57,088 nt of DNA from Candidatus Bathyarchaeia archaeon (GTDB taxonomy: Archaea > Thermoproteota > Bathyarchaeia > Bathyarchaeales > Bathycorpusculaceae). Position 1 is the stretch's first letter. Every line of letters begins with the position of its first letter. Under the pieces are notes generated by a model. The model was given only the letters and a program-made list of their open reading frames with translations. It did not search any database and had not been told where the DNA came from. A program made the position numbers and the translations under genes. This document shows positions 1-9,751 of the stretch, one piece after another. Where the stretch lies: contig JBEKGO010000016.1 of assembly GCA_050012755.1 (NCBI GenBank), positions 1 to 57,088 on the forward strand, in the 5' to 3' direction.

Positions 1-116
1 TGTTTCGGAAATGAAGATCCAAACGGCCTTCGGCGCCTCATCCGCAGATGTCAGCCCGTCGTATAGAGGGTTTACGGTACAATGGACCCCTACCCCACCG
101 CCTAAGATCCACCGCC
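1..116 (-). ncRNA. ffs: SRP (7S) RNA, 5' Alu-domain portion; runs off the window start
   Basis: Minus strand reads GGCGGTGGATCTTAGGCGGTGGGGTAGGGGTCCATTGTACCGTAAACCCTCTATACGACGGGCTGA, resembling the archaeal SRP Alu domain (TAGGC..GGGG.TAGGGGTCC..TGTA...AAA.CCC.TATA). BRE/TATA-like GAAAAGACTTAAA lies about 25 nt upstream (141-153). Confidence 0.78.
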
Positions 117-211
117 GAAAACTAAAGACACCTAACACACTTTAAGTCTTTCGCAGATGTAGACGCTGATTATCTGGATTTTTTTGCGGCAAATTTTTTG
201 TTTGTGTTTTG

Positions 212-365
212 GGTTGCTTTTTCAATTTAGGACTTAAAATGTTTGTAGGTTGCGTCAAGAAAAGTCAAAATAAGTTAAAATAAGTCAAGAAAAGTCAAAA
301 TTCGTCAAAATAAGTCTAAAAAAGTTCAAGAGAAGTCTTTTCACAAGAAAAGTAGTTTCAGAAGC
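212..365. repeat. Dispersed element copy A: conserved ~43-bp head plus seven or more 10-bp phased GTCAARAWAA units
   Basis: Units from 254: gtcaagaaaa gtcaaaataa gttaaaataa gtcaagaaaa gtcaaaattc gtcaaaataa gtctaaaaaa. The head GGTTGCTTTTT..TTTAG..CTTAAA...TTTGTAGGTTGCG is shared with 51495-51536. Confidence 0.85.
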
Positions 366-465
366 CTTTTGAAAATTAAAATAAAATGCAGATCCCAAAA
401 TTACCCAACGGCGAGGGCTGATTTTGAAAGAAAAAAGAGGAAAGAAACAAAGCGAAGGAAGTTGG

Positions 466-759
466 CTATTGCTTCACATGCTCTTTAAGCATGGTCATCG
501 GTGACGTACTGGTTTCGGCGATGCCAGGTATCGCTCGCAAGACCTCGCCTACGAAGTGCAGGCTATTTTCATTGCTGTCGGCTTTAAAGAAAATAACGAA
601 ATCCCAGTATCCAAACAAGCTCCATGAAGACTCAATCATTACTCCTTTCATTGGTTCGGTAGGCATCTTTTTGAACGCTTCCCAGAATTCGCCGCCCTTT
701 CCAGAAACCGTTTTGACCAAAACTTGATATTTCATCATGCTTTTCTCCAACTTAAACAC
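466..759 (-). CDS. Small ferredoxin-like fold protein (GYD / Lrp-AsnC ligand-binding-like); real start may be a few codons later
   Basis: SWSLFGYWDFVIFFKAD...LRAIPGIAETSTSP resembles the GYD/AsnC C-terminal pattern. Confidence 0.6.
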   Translation of the reverse strand: MFKLEKSMMKYQVLVKTVSGKGGEFWEAFKKMPTEPMKGVMIESSWSLFGYWDFVIFFKADSNENSLHFVGEVLRAIPGIAETSTSPMTMLKEHVKQ

Positions 760-945
760 CGTTCTTGATTCTGTATAGTCGCGCCTTTAAGACTCTGTGA
801 CTGCATAACCACAACCACAATCGCCCAACCGCTCCAACGCCAACTTCAACTTAATACCAAAGAATATCGTAAACCATCCCAGGACTTCTAGCCGGTAGAT
901 AAACAGGAAAGTTGGGTGATACTCTTCATAGGTTTTTGTGTCACT

Positions 946-986
946 GTTTTTCAACATAGGTGAACATAGTTTCATGAATCGGGGGG
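946..986. repeat. Dispersed motif copy C (TTTTCAACATAxGTxAACATAxTTTCATGAAxCGGGGG)
   Basis: Near-identical to 11858-11896, same orientation. Confidence 0.8.
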
Positions 987-1096
987 CTATTCGCCCTAAA
1001 CCACTTCAAATAAAAAAGTGCAGTGTAGGTGATATCTCCACTGGTGAAGGAGTTCAAAAATCAATCTTATGAAAACTAAACAAGGTCTTGAGCACA

Positions 1097-1315
1097 CTAA
1101 ATCTCAATCTTAGCGTCGGGTTCAACCTTGACGGTGACTTTTGGCCCTTTTATTCCAGCTAAAGGAGGAAGGATATGAGAAATGAATTGTTCTGCAGTGC
1201 ACGAACGAACTGTACCGTTCCGACTGTATTCTTTCCAACCATCTTTTTCCTTTCTGAACTTCTGTATCCAACTATCTTTGAACATGATGTAGATTGTGCA
1301 TTCAGAATTTTTCAT
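1097..1315 (-). CDS. Small hypothetical protein
   Basis: 72-aa ORF with an AAGGGG SD-like sequence just upstream and normal composition. Confidence 0.6.
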   Translation of the reverse strand: MKNSECTIYIMFKDSWIQKFRKEKDGWKEYSRNGTVRSCTAEQFISHILPPLAGIKGPKVTVKVEPDAKIEI

Positions 1316-1390
1316 GATTACCCTTTTGTGCAGATAATTAATTTAATCTATTGTTAAAATTCCGAAAAAAAGCCACTAAGTAGCTATAGA

Positions 1391-2803
1391 TTAAGTTTTT
1401 TGAACGTTTTCTCGCTTGAATAGCCGCTGGAGCTTATGTCTACACGTCCATAATAGTCCAAGCAAGAGTCCAGACAACACAACTGCGAACCCCAAATATT
1501 GAAACGTTATGAGAGAACTGCTGGCTGTTAGCGGTGTAGTGGTCGACAGCGCATATCCGTAATTAACTTGCGGCTCAACTCTGTACTGCAGGTAATCGCG
1601 TGTCGAAAGCGCATTTGTATAAAACATGCTTGAAATCAACGATGCAGCAAACAGTATTACCGCTGACGCGGCAACCAAATAGAGCATATGTTTTTTCAGG
1701 TGGACCGTTGATTTTGCTGCTCTAAATGTTGCAAGGCTCTTTGTTATTAGGGAACCCACTAACAAAACAAGAAATGGCAAAGCTTGAAAATCATATTTAA
1801 TGGCGCTAAAATATGGTACGTTAAGCTTGAAAACTGCTCCCATAACAAAATTGACGCTTAAAATAAAGGCTATTGTCGCTAAGCATATCAAATCAACAAT
1901 AACTACTTTTGAAAAATATCTTTTAAGCGATAAAACCAAAACCAGGGAGAAAGCAGCTGCAACTAGAAAGTACAATCCTACCCCATAATTCAAAAGAAAA
2001 TTAGTCACAAAAAAAGGAGAAGGAACAACATGAGTACTTGCAGGAATTACGCTGGTAACATTGTTGTTATCAAAAATCGAAAATAACGAGCGACCAAGAA
2101 AAACTTGATACCAGAAAAGAGAAAACACAAGCGCTGGAATAAAAAATGCAGCTAGTTGGCTAAGTACCTGCTTTGTTCTTTTCGGTCGGGAGTAAATGTA
2201 GAATAAGAGTAAGGGGATGAGTACGAAAACAGCAAAAAACTTTGTTAGGACAGCGGCGGCAAAAACCAGTCCTGCAACCAAAGTAAGCTTAACTGAAACT
2301 TTGTTGATAGCCAAAATGCCTATGTACAAACAGAGTAGGCTCAAGAAAAGACATTGCGAATCGATAAGGAAGCTTCTTGATAGTACGACTTGCCATGGGT
2401 TCAAACCAAACAGGGCGGCAGCAAGCAATCCTGTGGATTTGCCGTAAAATCGCTTTCCAATTACATACAATAAGGCGACAGATCCAAGCCCAAAAAGAGT
2501 CACTAGGGCTACGCCTGTGTTTGTTGACAAACCAAAAATTCTGAAGAATGCCGCTTCCGTGTAGAATCCTAGGGGCGGCTGGTCAATCACAGTCCCGAAA
2601 ACTTTCACAAATGGAATCCCCATTCTAAGTACATTTGACGCAGCTTCGAATTCCATTTGCGTGTCATAAGTTTGATATGGCCCTAGTGAAAATGAAACGA
2701 ATGCAACTCCAATTAGAATTATAGAGAGGGGCAAGCCTTCAATTACCAATTTTGTGAAGCTAACCTTATTGAGCAATTTACCCCTTCTATTGGTTTTATA
2801 CAT
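1391..2803 (-). CDS. GT-C (ArnT/PMT_2 family) membrane glycosyltransferase
   Basis: DQPPLGFY motif, SRSFLIDS, AVLTKF and many transmembrane segments. Confidence 0.85.
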   Translation of the reverse strand: MYKTNRRGKLLNKVSFTKLVIEGLPLSIILIGVAFVSFSLGPYQTYDTQMEFEAASNVLRMGIPFVKVFGTVIDQPPLGFYTEAAFFRIFGLSTNTGVALVTLFGLGSVALLYVIGKRFYGKSTGLLAAALFGLNPWQVVLSRSFLIDSQCLFLSLLCLYIGILAINKVSVKLTLVAGLVFAAAVLTKFFAVFVLIPLLLFYIYSRPKRTKQVLSQLAAFFIPALVFSLFWYQVFLGRSLFSIFDNNNVTSVIPASTHVVPSPFFVTNFLLNYGVGLYFLVAAAFSLVLVLSLKRYFSKVVIVDLICLATIAFILSVNFVMGAVFKLNVPYFSAIKYDFQALPFLVLLVGSLITKSLATFRAAKSTVHLKKHMLYLVAASAVILFAASLISSMFYTNALSTRDYLQYRVEPQVNYGYALSTTTPLTASSSLITFQYLGFAVVLSGLLLGLLWTCRHKLQRLFKRENVQKT

Positions 2804-2876
2804 GCGCCAACTGACTGCTACTGCTATCTAAAAGGTTGGATACATAATCCTTTCCTCAAAAGGGCAAAAGAGGCTA

Positions 2877-3689
2877 TTATTGAAATTCTGTCGCCTTTTT
2901 GAGTTCAGAAGCGGTTGCCTCTAATTCCTTAAGCAGCTTGTCGATATTTTCCTGACAATTCTTGATCACATTAATGAATGCGCTTCCAACGATAACGCCG
3001 TCAGCCCCTGCTCCGATAATTCGTGCTACATGTTCAGGCTTCGAGACGCCGAACCCTACCGCCAACGGAATCTTGCTGGACGTGAAAGGCAAAACCCGCT
3101 TGATTAGCTGAATAGTTGAATCCTCAACCGCTGACTGCGCACCCGTAACGCCGAAGTGGGACACAAGATAAAGAAAACCTGAAGAGCACTCAACAATTTT
3201 CGCAAGCCGCTCATTAGAGGTAAATGGCGCTGCCAAAAAAATTGTGTCTATCCCAGATTTGTTTGCTGCTTTTATGTAATCAGCGGCTTCTTCAACTGGT
3301 AAATCTGGAACGATAACGCCGTCAACCTTGCTTTTTTTGGCTGAGTTGAAAAACTTCTCCAGCCCCATCCTGAATACTGGATTGTAATAGGTCATTATTA
3401 CGATTGGTACGTCGTGGCTTTGTCGAATCTGCTTAGCGATCTCCAGCACTTTTGCAGGCGTTGTTCCTGCGGTTAAGGCGCGTACGCTTGCCGCTTGAAT
3501 TGTTGGTCCATCAACAATCGGGTCAGAAAAAGGCAAACCCAGCTCCAAAACATCAACACCGCCCTTGATTAGGGTATCAGTAATTTTGGGCGTCAGCTCA
3601 GGTTTTGGGTCTCCAGCCATGATGTAGCCAACGAGCGCCCCGTTGCCTTTTGCTTTGGCTTTTTGGAATGCTTTACTTATTGCGTTCAT
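2877..3689 (-). CDS. trpA: Tryptophan synthase alpha subunit
   Basis: [42 protein letters not shown]. Confidence 0.97.
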   Translation of the reverse strand: MNAISKAFQKAKAKGNGALVGYIMAGDPKPELTPKITDTLIKGGVDVLELGLPFSDPIVDGPTIQAASVRALTAGTTPAKVLEIAKQIRQSHDVPIVIMTYYNPVFRMGLEKFFNSAKKSKVDGVIVPDLPVEEAADYIKAANKSGIDTIFLAAPFTSNERLAKIVECSSGFLYLVSHFGVTGAQSAVEDSTIQLIKRVLPFTSSKIPLAVGFGVSKPEHVARIIGAGADGVIVGSAFINVIKNCQENIDKLLKELEATASELKKATEFQ

Positions 3690-4882
3690 ATTCTTGCCCC
3701 TATGTAGTCTGCTATGGTTTCCACGTCTTTGTCTCCGCGCCCAGACAGCGTCACCACAATTGACTGGGTCTTCTTCATTTTAGGAGCGAGTTTCATTGCG
3801 TAGGCTACCGCATGTGACGATTCCAATGCAGGAAGAATCCCTTCTTCTTTACATAAGACCAAGAATGCGTCTACGGCTTCCTTGTCCGTAGCTGAAACAT
3901 ATTGAGCCCGCTTAAGCGTTTTTAGAAAGCTATGTTCGGGTCCAACACCAGGATAGTCTAAGCTTGCAGAAACGCTGCTTGTGTTCTGTATTTGCCCATT
4001 GCTGTCTTGGAGAACATAGGTTAGCATGCCGTGAAACACACCTTCGGCTCCTGCACCAAGAGAGGCGGCGTGTTTACCTGTTTCTAAGCCTTCGCCAGCA
4101 GCCTCGACACCATAAAACTCAACTGCCTCGTCGTTTTCGAAGGGATAGAAGGTGCCCATGGCGTTGCTTCCGCCTCCCACACAAGCAACTAACGCATCGG
4201 GGAGTTTGCCTTCTTTTTTGCGGAATTGCGCCTTAAGTTCTTTGCCGATTACGCTTTGGAAATCCCTAACAATCATCGGGTACGGGTGAGGACCAACGAC
4301 TGAGCCAATTAAGTAATATGTGTTTTCAAGGTTTGTAACCCAATCGCGAAAGGCTTCGTTTATGGAGTCTTTAAGGGTTTTTGAGCCAGTGTCCACAGGA
4401 TGCACTTGCGCATTGAGAAGTTTCATTCGGAAAACGTTAAGCCGTTGCCTTTCGCAGTCTTCTATGCCCATGTAAATCTCAGCTTTCAAGCCTAAAGCTG
4501 CACAAGCGATGGCTGTAGCTACGCCGTGTTGACCTGCACCTGTTTCGGCAATAACACGGGTTTTACCCATCCGTTTAGCCAAGAGCGCCTGCCCGATGGT
4601 GTTGTTTATTTTGTGTGCTCCGCCATGGGCTAGGTCTTCGCGTTTGAGGTAAATTTTGGCACCTCCAAGCTTTCGGGTTAGGTTCTCAGCGAAGTAGAGT
4701 GGGGTTGGCCTGCCTACGAACTCCGCGAGATAATAATCGAGTTCTTTCTGGAAACTGGGATCTTTACATGCCTTGTCGTATGCCTCTTCTAGTTCCTTAA
4801 TTGTCTCCATCAAGACTTCGGGAACAAAGCGACCACCATATTTTCCGTATTTGCCATTAACTGGGTAATTGGTTATTTTCAT
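3686..4882 (-). CDS. trpB: Tryptophan synthase beta subunit
   Basis: [15 protein letters not shown] (PLP lysine), [24 protein letters not shown]. Confidence 0.98.
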   Translation of the reverse strand: MKITNYPVNGKYGKYGGRFVPEVLMETIKELEEAYDKACKDPSFQKELDYYLAEFVGRPTPLYFAENLTRKLGGAKIYLKREDLAHGGAHKINNTIGQALLAKRMGKTRVIAETGAGQHGVATAIACAALGLKAEIYMGIEDCERQRLNVFRMKLLNAQVHPVDTGSKTLKDSINEAFRDWVTNLENTYYLIGSVVGPHPYPMIVRDFQSVIGKELKAQFRKKEGKLPDALVACVGGGSNAMGTFYPFENDEAVEFYGVEAAGEGLETGKHAASLGAGAEGVFHGMLTYVLQDSNGQIQNTSSVSASLDYPGVGPEHSFLKTLKRAQYVSATDKEAVDAFLVLCKEEGILPALESSHAVAYAMKLAPKMKKTQSIVVTLSGRGDKDVETIADYIGARI

Positions 4883-5658
4883 TTTGCATTCACAAACTCC
4901 CTAACTTTTTCTTCAAGATTATCGCTTAACATTATGGCTGAACCAATTAGGAAAGCTGATGCACCGCTTTCACGAAGGAAATGTACGTCGGATGGAGATT
5001 TTATTCCGCTTTCGCTAACAACAATTTTGTTTTTGGGATTTATTGATTGAATGATTGTTTTTGTCACGTTCAAATCCACCTTTAATGTTGCCAGATCACG
5101 GTTATTTATTCCAATTAAGTCAGCATCTGATTGTAGAGCAGAAACAAATTCGGAAAGCGTGTGGGTTTCAAGCAAAACCTCAAGCCCAAGCATGTGAGCA
5201 CCCGCAATCATTTCGTCAACAGTCTTTTCGCTGTAACCTCGATCAAAAAGCGCCTGAATTAACAAAACGGAACTTGCGCCGATTTTTGACGCTGCTTGGA
5301 TTTGTATAGGGCTTAAGACAATGTCTTTCATGAGGATTGGAAGCTTTACTGATTGTCGAGCTTGAGCCAACGCTTCTAAGGAACCGTCAAACTGTTTTGG
5401 TTCGGTTAACACAGATAAGGCTACAGCTCCGCCCCGTTCCATAGCTTTTGCAATCATGCTTGGTTGAACATTTCTTCTGATTACACCTGCCGACGGGGAA
5501 GCAGCTTTAATTTCTGTTATGATTGGGTTGACTTTGCAATCTAAAATCGATTTTTTTAGACTTACACAAACGCCGTCCATGGATTTTATCTCGTCATAAT
5601 ATTCGCTATCAATAGTTATTTGAGCAACACGGGCCAATACATCCAGAAAATCACTCAT
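4879..5658 (-). CDS. trpC: Indole-3-glycerol phosphate synthase
   Basis: [29 protein letters not shown]. Confidence 0.96.
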   Translation of the reverse strand: MSDFLDVLARVAQITIDSEYYDEIKSMDGVCVSLKKSILDCKVNPIITEIKAASPSAGVIRRNVQPSMIAKAMERGGAVALSVLTEPKQFDGSLEALAQARQSVKLPILMKDIVLSPIQIQAASKIGASSVLLIQALFDRGYSEKTVDEMIAGAHMLGLEVLLETHTLSEFVSALQSDADLIGINNRDLATLKVDLNVTKTIIQSINPKNKIVVSESGIKSPSDVHFLRESGASAFLIGSAIMLSDNLEEKVREFVNAK

Positions 5659-6721
5659 ATTTTATTTCCAACTCCTCAAGTTTTGAAAGGCTGCCGCCTG
5701 ACGCTTTAATCAAATCTTTAAGCTTCTTGTAAGCCGCTCCGTTATCGATTGATTCTCGAGCTAGCTCCATGCCTTCTTCAAAGTTTTTTGCTTTTCCACC
5801 GACAATTATTCCTGCTATGCTGTTAACAAGCACAAACTCCATTTTAGGATCACCGTGGGTAAGGTTGCCGCTAAGAATTTTAAATAAGGTTTCAGCGCTT
5901 TCATCAGGAGTTGCCACCTTTAAGTCATCGATACAGGCTGTTTTTACTCCAAAATCGTCTGGAGAGACTTCAAGTTCAGTGACTTCGCCACCTTTTAAAT
6001 GCGCAATCACTGTTTTGCCAACCGTTGACACTTCATCCAAGCCATCTAAGCCATGCACAACCATGGCTTCTTCGCATCCCAACCGTTGAAGAGCATAAGC
6101 CATTGGCGCCGTAAGTTTAGCATCGTAAACGCCAAGCAGTTGAGCATTAGCGCATGCAGGATTAGTTAATGGACCCAGAAGGTTGAATACGGTTCGGATA
6201 CCGATTTCCCGTCTTGTTTCAGCCGCATACTTCATAGCTGGATGAAAAGCTGGGGCAAACATGAAACCTATGCCAAAATTTTCTATGATTCTCTCCACCG
6301 CCTTCGGTTCCAAGTTTAGGATTAAACCAAGTTTTTCAAGTACATCAGCACTTCCGCTTTTGCTGGTAACCGCCCTGTTTCCATGTTTAGCAACAGCAAC
6401 TCCAGCACCAGCAATGACAAAGGCGGCTGCAGTGCTGACATTGAAGGTTTTTATCTTGTCACCGCCAGTCCCGCAAGTGTCCACAAGACGATTCCCCACA
6501 TTGGGATGTATTTGGTTACAATGCTCACGCATAACGCGGGCAAAAGCGATTAGTTCCTCAACCTCCTCGCCTTTCATTCGCAACGCAGTTAGAAAAGCGG
6601 CTGTTTGCGAGTTTGTTGCTTTGCCAGACATGACTTCACGCATGATTTCACCCGATTCGACTGTTGTTAAGCTTGAGCCTTCGATAAGTTTCTGTATGCC
6701 TTCCCTAATCATTGCGGTCAC
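5651..6721 (-). CDS. trpD: Anthranilate phosphoribosyltransferase
   Basis: DTCGTGGD, KHGNRAVTSKSGSAD, RTVFNLLGPLTNP. Confidence 0.97.
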   Translation of the reverse strand: MTAMIREGIQKLIEGSSLTTVESGEIMREVMSGKATNSQTAAFLTALRMKGEEVEELIAFARVMREHCNQIHPNVGNRLVDTCGTGGDKIKTFNVSTAAAFVIAGAGVAVAKHGNRAVTSKSGSADVLEKLGLILNLEPKAVERIIENFGIGFMFAPAFHPAMKYAAETRREIGIRTVFNLLGPLTNPACANAQLLGVYDAKLTAPMAYALQRLGCEEAMVVHGLDGLDEVSTVGKTVIAHLKGGEVTELEVSPDDFGVKTACIDDLKVATPDESAETLFKILSGNLTHGDPKMEFVLVNSIAGIIVGGKAKNFEEGMELARESIDNGAAYKKLKDLIKASGGSLSKLEELEIKYE

Positions 6722-7299
6722 CTGCCTTCCAAGAAATTCTTAATTATGATTTTGCCGTCTTCGCAGAGAATCGATTCAGGATGAAACTGCACTCCATCAA
6801 TCGGGAACTTCACATGCCGGACGCCCATGATTTCTCCATCTTCGATGGATTCTGCGGTGATTTCTAGGCATGAAGGAATAGAGCAGCGTTCTCCTGCAAG
6901 CGAATGATATCGTGTTGCCGTGAAGGGATTTCGTACGTCTGTGAAGATGCCTTTTTGGTCATGTTTTATTACACAGGTTTTGCCGTGCATAAGCCGTTTT
7001 GCATGGATAATTTTTCCGCCGTAAGCGTTGATTATGCCTTGGTGGCCCAAGCAAACGCCTAAAGTGGGAATTGTCTGGCTCATCGTTTGCAGGATGTTTG
7101 TGCAGACGCCAAAGTAGCGTTCATCTTCAGGTGTGCCTGGCCCAGGCGAAATCACGATGCGGTCGGGTTTAAGCTCAGCTATTTGTTTCAGATTTACCTG
7201 ATCGTTTCTGAAAACGATTGTTTCTGCACCAAGTTCACCTACGTATTGGACAAGATTGTAAACAAACGAATCATAATTATCAATAACAAGAGCCTTCAA
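6718..7299 (-). CDS. trpG: Anthranilate synthase component II (glutamine amidotransferase)
   Basis: IDNYDSF, SPGPG, GVCLGHQ, RYHSL, QFHPES. Confidence 0.96.
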   Translation of the reverse strand: MKALVIDNYDSFVYNLVQYVGELGAETIVFRNDQVNLKQIAELKPDRIVISPGPGTPEDERYFGVCTNILQTMSQTIPTLGVCLGHQGIINAYGGKIIHAKRLMHGKTCVIKHDQKGIFTDVRNPFTATRYHSLAGERCSIPSCLEITAESIEDGEIMGVRHVKFPIDGVQFHPESILCEDGKIIIKNFLEGR

Positions 7300-8709
7300 T
7301 TTTTTGTGCCTCCTGATTTTTCAAGCGCCTGCATCAGCGCCTTTGCTTTATGGTCGGTTTCAAACCACTCGCACTCTGGAACCGAATCCGCCACAATTCC
7401 GGCGCCAGCCTGAATGTACGCTTGGTTTTGGTCGGCGAAGAGCGTGCGAATTGTTATGGCGAAGTCTGCATTGCCATTGTACGAGAAATAGCCGACTGCA
7501 CCAGCGTAAGGACCACGCCTGTTTGGTTCAAGTTCATCAATGATTTCCATCGCGCGCACTTTTGGTGCTCCAGAAACGGTTCCGGCTGGAAAAACGGCTC
7601 TCAACGCATCATAGCTTTGCAGGTTATCCTTAAGTTCACCCACAACTTGCGACACAATGTGCTGAACGTGGCTGTACTGATGAACTTTCATGAATTCAGG
7701 CACGCGAACGCTGCCATACTTGGAGATTTTGCCAATGTCGTTCCGCGCTAAATCTACAAGCATTACATGTTCGGCTCGTTCTTTTGGGTCAGATAGCAGT
7801 TCATGGGATAATTTGCTGTTTTCCACTGGGTTTTCAGAAATGGGTTTGGTTCCGGCAATTGGGAAAGTCTCCACCATTCTATTTTCAACGCGGACAAGCA
7901 TTTCTGGGCTGGATCCGACAATCTGATGATCGTCTGACTTGTAGAAGTACATGTAGGGAGAAGGGTTAATGGTGCGCAAAGACTGGTAAAACGGGATTAA
8001 GCTACCTTTTATTTGGAGTTGGAAACGTTTTGAGAGGACAACTTGGAAAATGTCTCCTGCAGTTACGTATTCTTTTGCTTTTTCTACTGCTTTTTCAAAA
8101 TTCTCTTTTTTGGTGTTTATTTTGAGTTGAGTGCTAATTAATTCTTCAGTGTCAGTTGGTTGTTTGAGAAGGCTTTCTATTTCGGATAGGCGGTTCTCGG
8201 TTCGGTAGTAGTAGAATACTTGTTTTTGTGTGTGGTTGAATATGAATCCGTCGTCAAATATGCCCATTTCTAAATCAGGGAAACCCAAATCAGACCGTGA
8301 TTTTTCAGGCAGTTTTTCCCAATAACGGACTGCATCATAAGAAATGTAGCCGACTGCTCCGCCTATAAAACGGAATTTGCTGTTTGTGACCGCTTCGTAT
8401 TTCAGGAGTTCTTCTATGAGTTGCAGTGGATCACTTGTTTTCTTCACAACAGTTTCGTTTGTTCTCTCATTTTTTATTCTGGCTTCTTGTTTTTTTGATT
8501 GAATTGTTATTTTTGGGTCGAACCCGATGAAGGAGTATTGCGCAAGTTTTTTTGGTCCTTCAATGGACTCCAAAAGGTAGGTTGTTTGGTATTGTTTTTG
8601 GAGTTTTGAGAATATTTCGAGTGGTTGTTGGGTGAATGTGACTTTCTTGATTTTTAGGGGATTAGCTGGTTTGGTGGTTGTTGTTTGTGCCCCAAAGGCG
8701 ATTCCCCAT
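7296..8709 (-). CDS. trpE: Anthranilate synthase component I; start uncertain (ORF track starts at TTG 8573, but TrpE-like sequence continues upstream in frame with no ATG/GTG/TTG)
   Basis: GDIFQVVLS, SSPEML, KERAEHVMLVDLARND, FPAGTVSGAPK. Upstream in-frame PLEIFSKL...YLLES matches the TrpE N-terminus. Confidence 0.93.
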
Positions 8710-8750
8710 TTGTCATGCTTCCTTATGGTTCAGAAGCATACTGCAATGCA

Positions 8751-8760
8751 TTATTTAAGG
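8751..8760 (-). promoter_or_regulatory. Putative TATA box of the trp operon
   Basis: CCTTAAATAA on the minus strand. SD-like AAGGA at 8724-8720 lies 10 nt before ATG 8709. Confidence 0.5.
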
Positions 8761-8782
8761 CTTATCAGTGCAGAAATGTACA

Positions 8783-9103
8783 TCATTGAAGGACAGCGCT
8801 CATCCAATCAAGATAAGTTTTCGAACCATCAGCAATCGGAAGCGCCAAAATCTCAGGAACCTCATAGCTATGCAAGCCCTTCACGCGTTCAGTAACTTGC
8901 GCGAACAGGTCCGTACGCGATTTCATAACAACTAAACATTCCTCAGACTTCTCAATTTGGCCCGACCAATGAAAATAAGACGTGACCGGACCAGTGATGT
9001 TCCCACACGCAATTAAACGTTCATTCAAAAGCGCCTTTGTTATTTTTTCCGCTTCTAATTTATCTTTAGTGGCAACTAAAATGAGTATGTAATTCTTTTC
9101 CAA
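8783..9103 (-). CDS. cutA: Divalent-cation tolerance protein CutA
   Basis: RLIACGNI, SYFHWSG, HSYEVPEILALPI, YLDW. Confidence 0.95.
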   Translation of the reverse strand: MEKNYILILVATKDKLEAEKITKALLNERLIACGNITGPVTSYFHWSGQIEKSEECLVVMKSRTDLFAQVTERVKGLHSYEVPEILALPIADGSKTYLDWMSAVLQ

Positions 9104-9250
9104 CAGTTCTCACCATAACGTTGTTAGTTTTGAGAGCTAAATAAGGTTGTTATTATTCGAGTGTTTGCTTTTGCGCTAACAATTGCTAAGAGACTTAAAT
9201 TTCCGTTCAGCAATATTAAATGTAGAATAATCATCGATTGAGGGACCCCA

Positions 9251-9751
9251 TTGAAAGAAGAACAATTCAAAGTTTTAAAGGCCTTAAGTGAAGCCACAAG
9301 CCGCATGGACATAAACATGTTTGCTAAAAAAGTAAATTTGGATCCAAACCAAACAATCCAGAAAGTCCAAGAACTAGCGAAAGAAGGCTTTCTACAAAAA
9401 GTTGGAAACGGATTTGGCATAACTACCAAAGGAAAAGCAGCCCTAAAAGCGTTCGTGACGGTTCCGGAAGGGATGGGTTTTCACTTTTATTACGGCATTA
9501 ACCAGCCGACAGACCTCACCGCAAAAACGCTTGGTGAATTCTATGAAAATACAAAACAGATCAGCGCTGATTCTCTTGAATTTCACCTCTACCGAGGTGA
9601 TTTTGAAAACTGGCTGAAAGATGCTTGCAAAGAGCCAGAATTTGCGCAAGAAATTGGTGTAGTTAAAGATGCTGACTTAAAGGGTGAAGAACTTAGAGCT
9701 GAGCTGCTGAAAGTTCTTGATGCAAAATACGGCATCCAAGAGCTACTATAG
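9251..9751 (+). CDS. wHTH plus DUF5752-like domain protein
   Basis: N-terminal wHTH; FHFY...A.TL.EF...SLEFHLYRGDFENWL pattern. Confidence 0.7.
   Translation: MKEEQFKVLKALSEATSRMDINMFAKKVNLDPNQTIQKVQELAKEGFLQKVGNGFGITTKGKAALKAFVTVPEGMGFHFYYGINQPTDLTAKTLGEFYENTKQISADSLEFHLYRGDFENWLKDACKEPEFAQEIGVVKDADLKGEELRAELLKVLDAKYGIQELL

Noticed and set aside
787-975. 62-aa ORF and the many short antisense ORFs inside known genes
   Set aside because: No recognisable motifs; they overlap a non-coding motif or well-supported genes.
1034-1052. ORB-like TCCACTGG (also AACCAGTGGAAA near 51731)
   Set aside because: Single partial matches, not paired around an AT-rich unwinding element and not next to cdc6; insufficient to call an origin.
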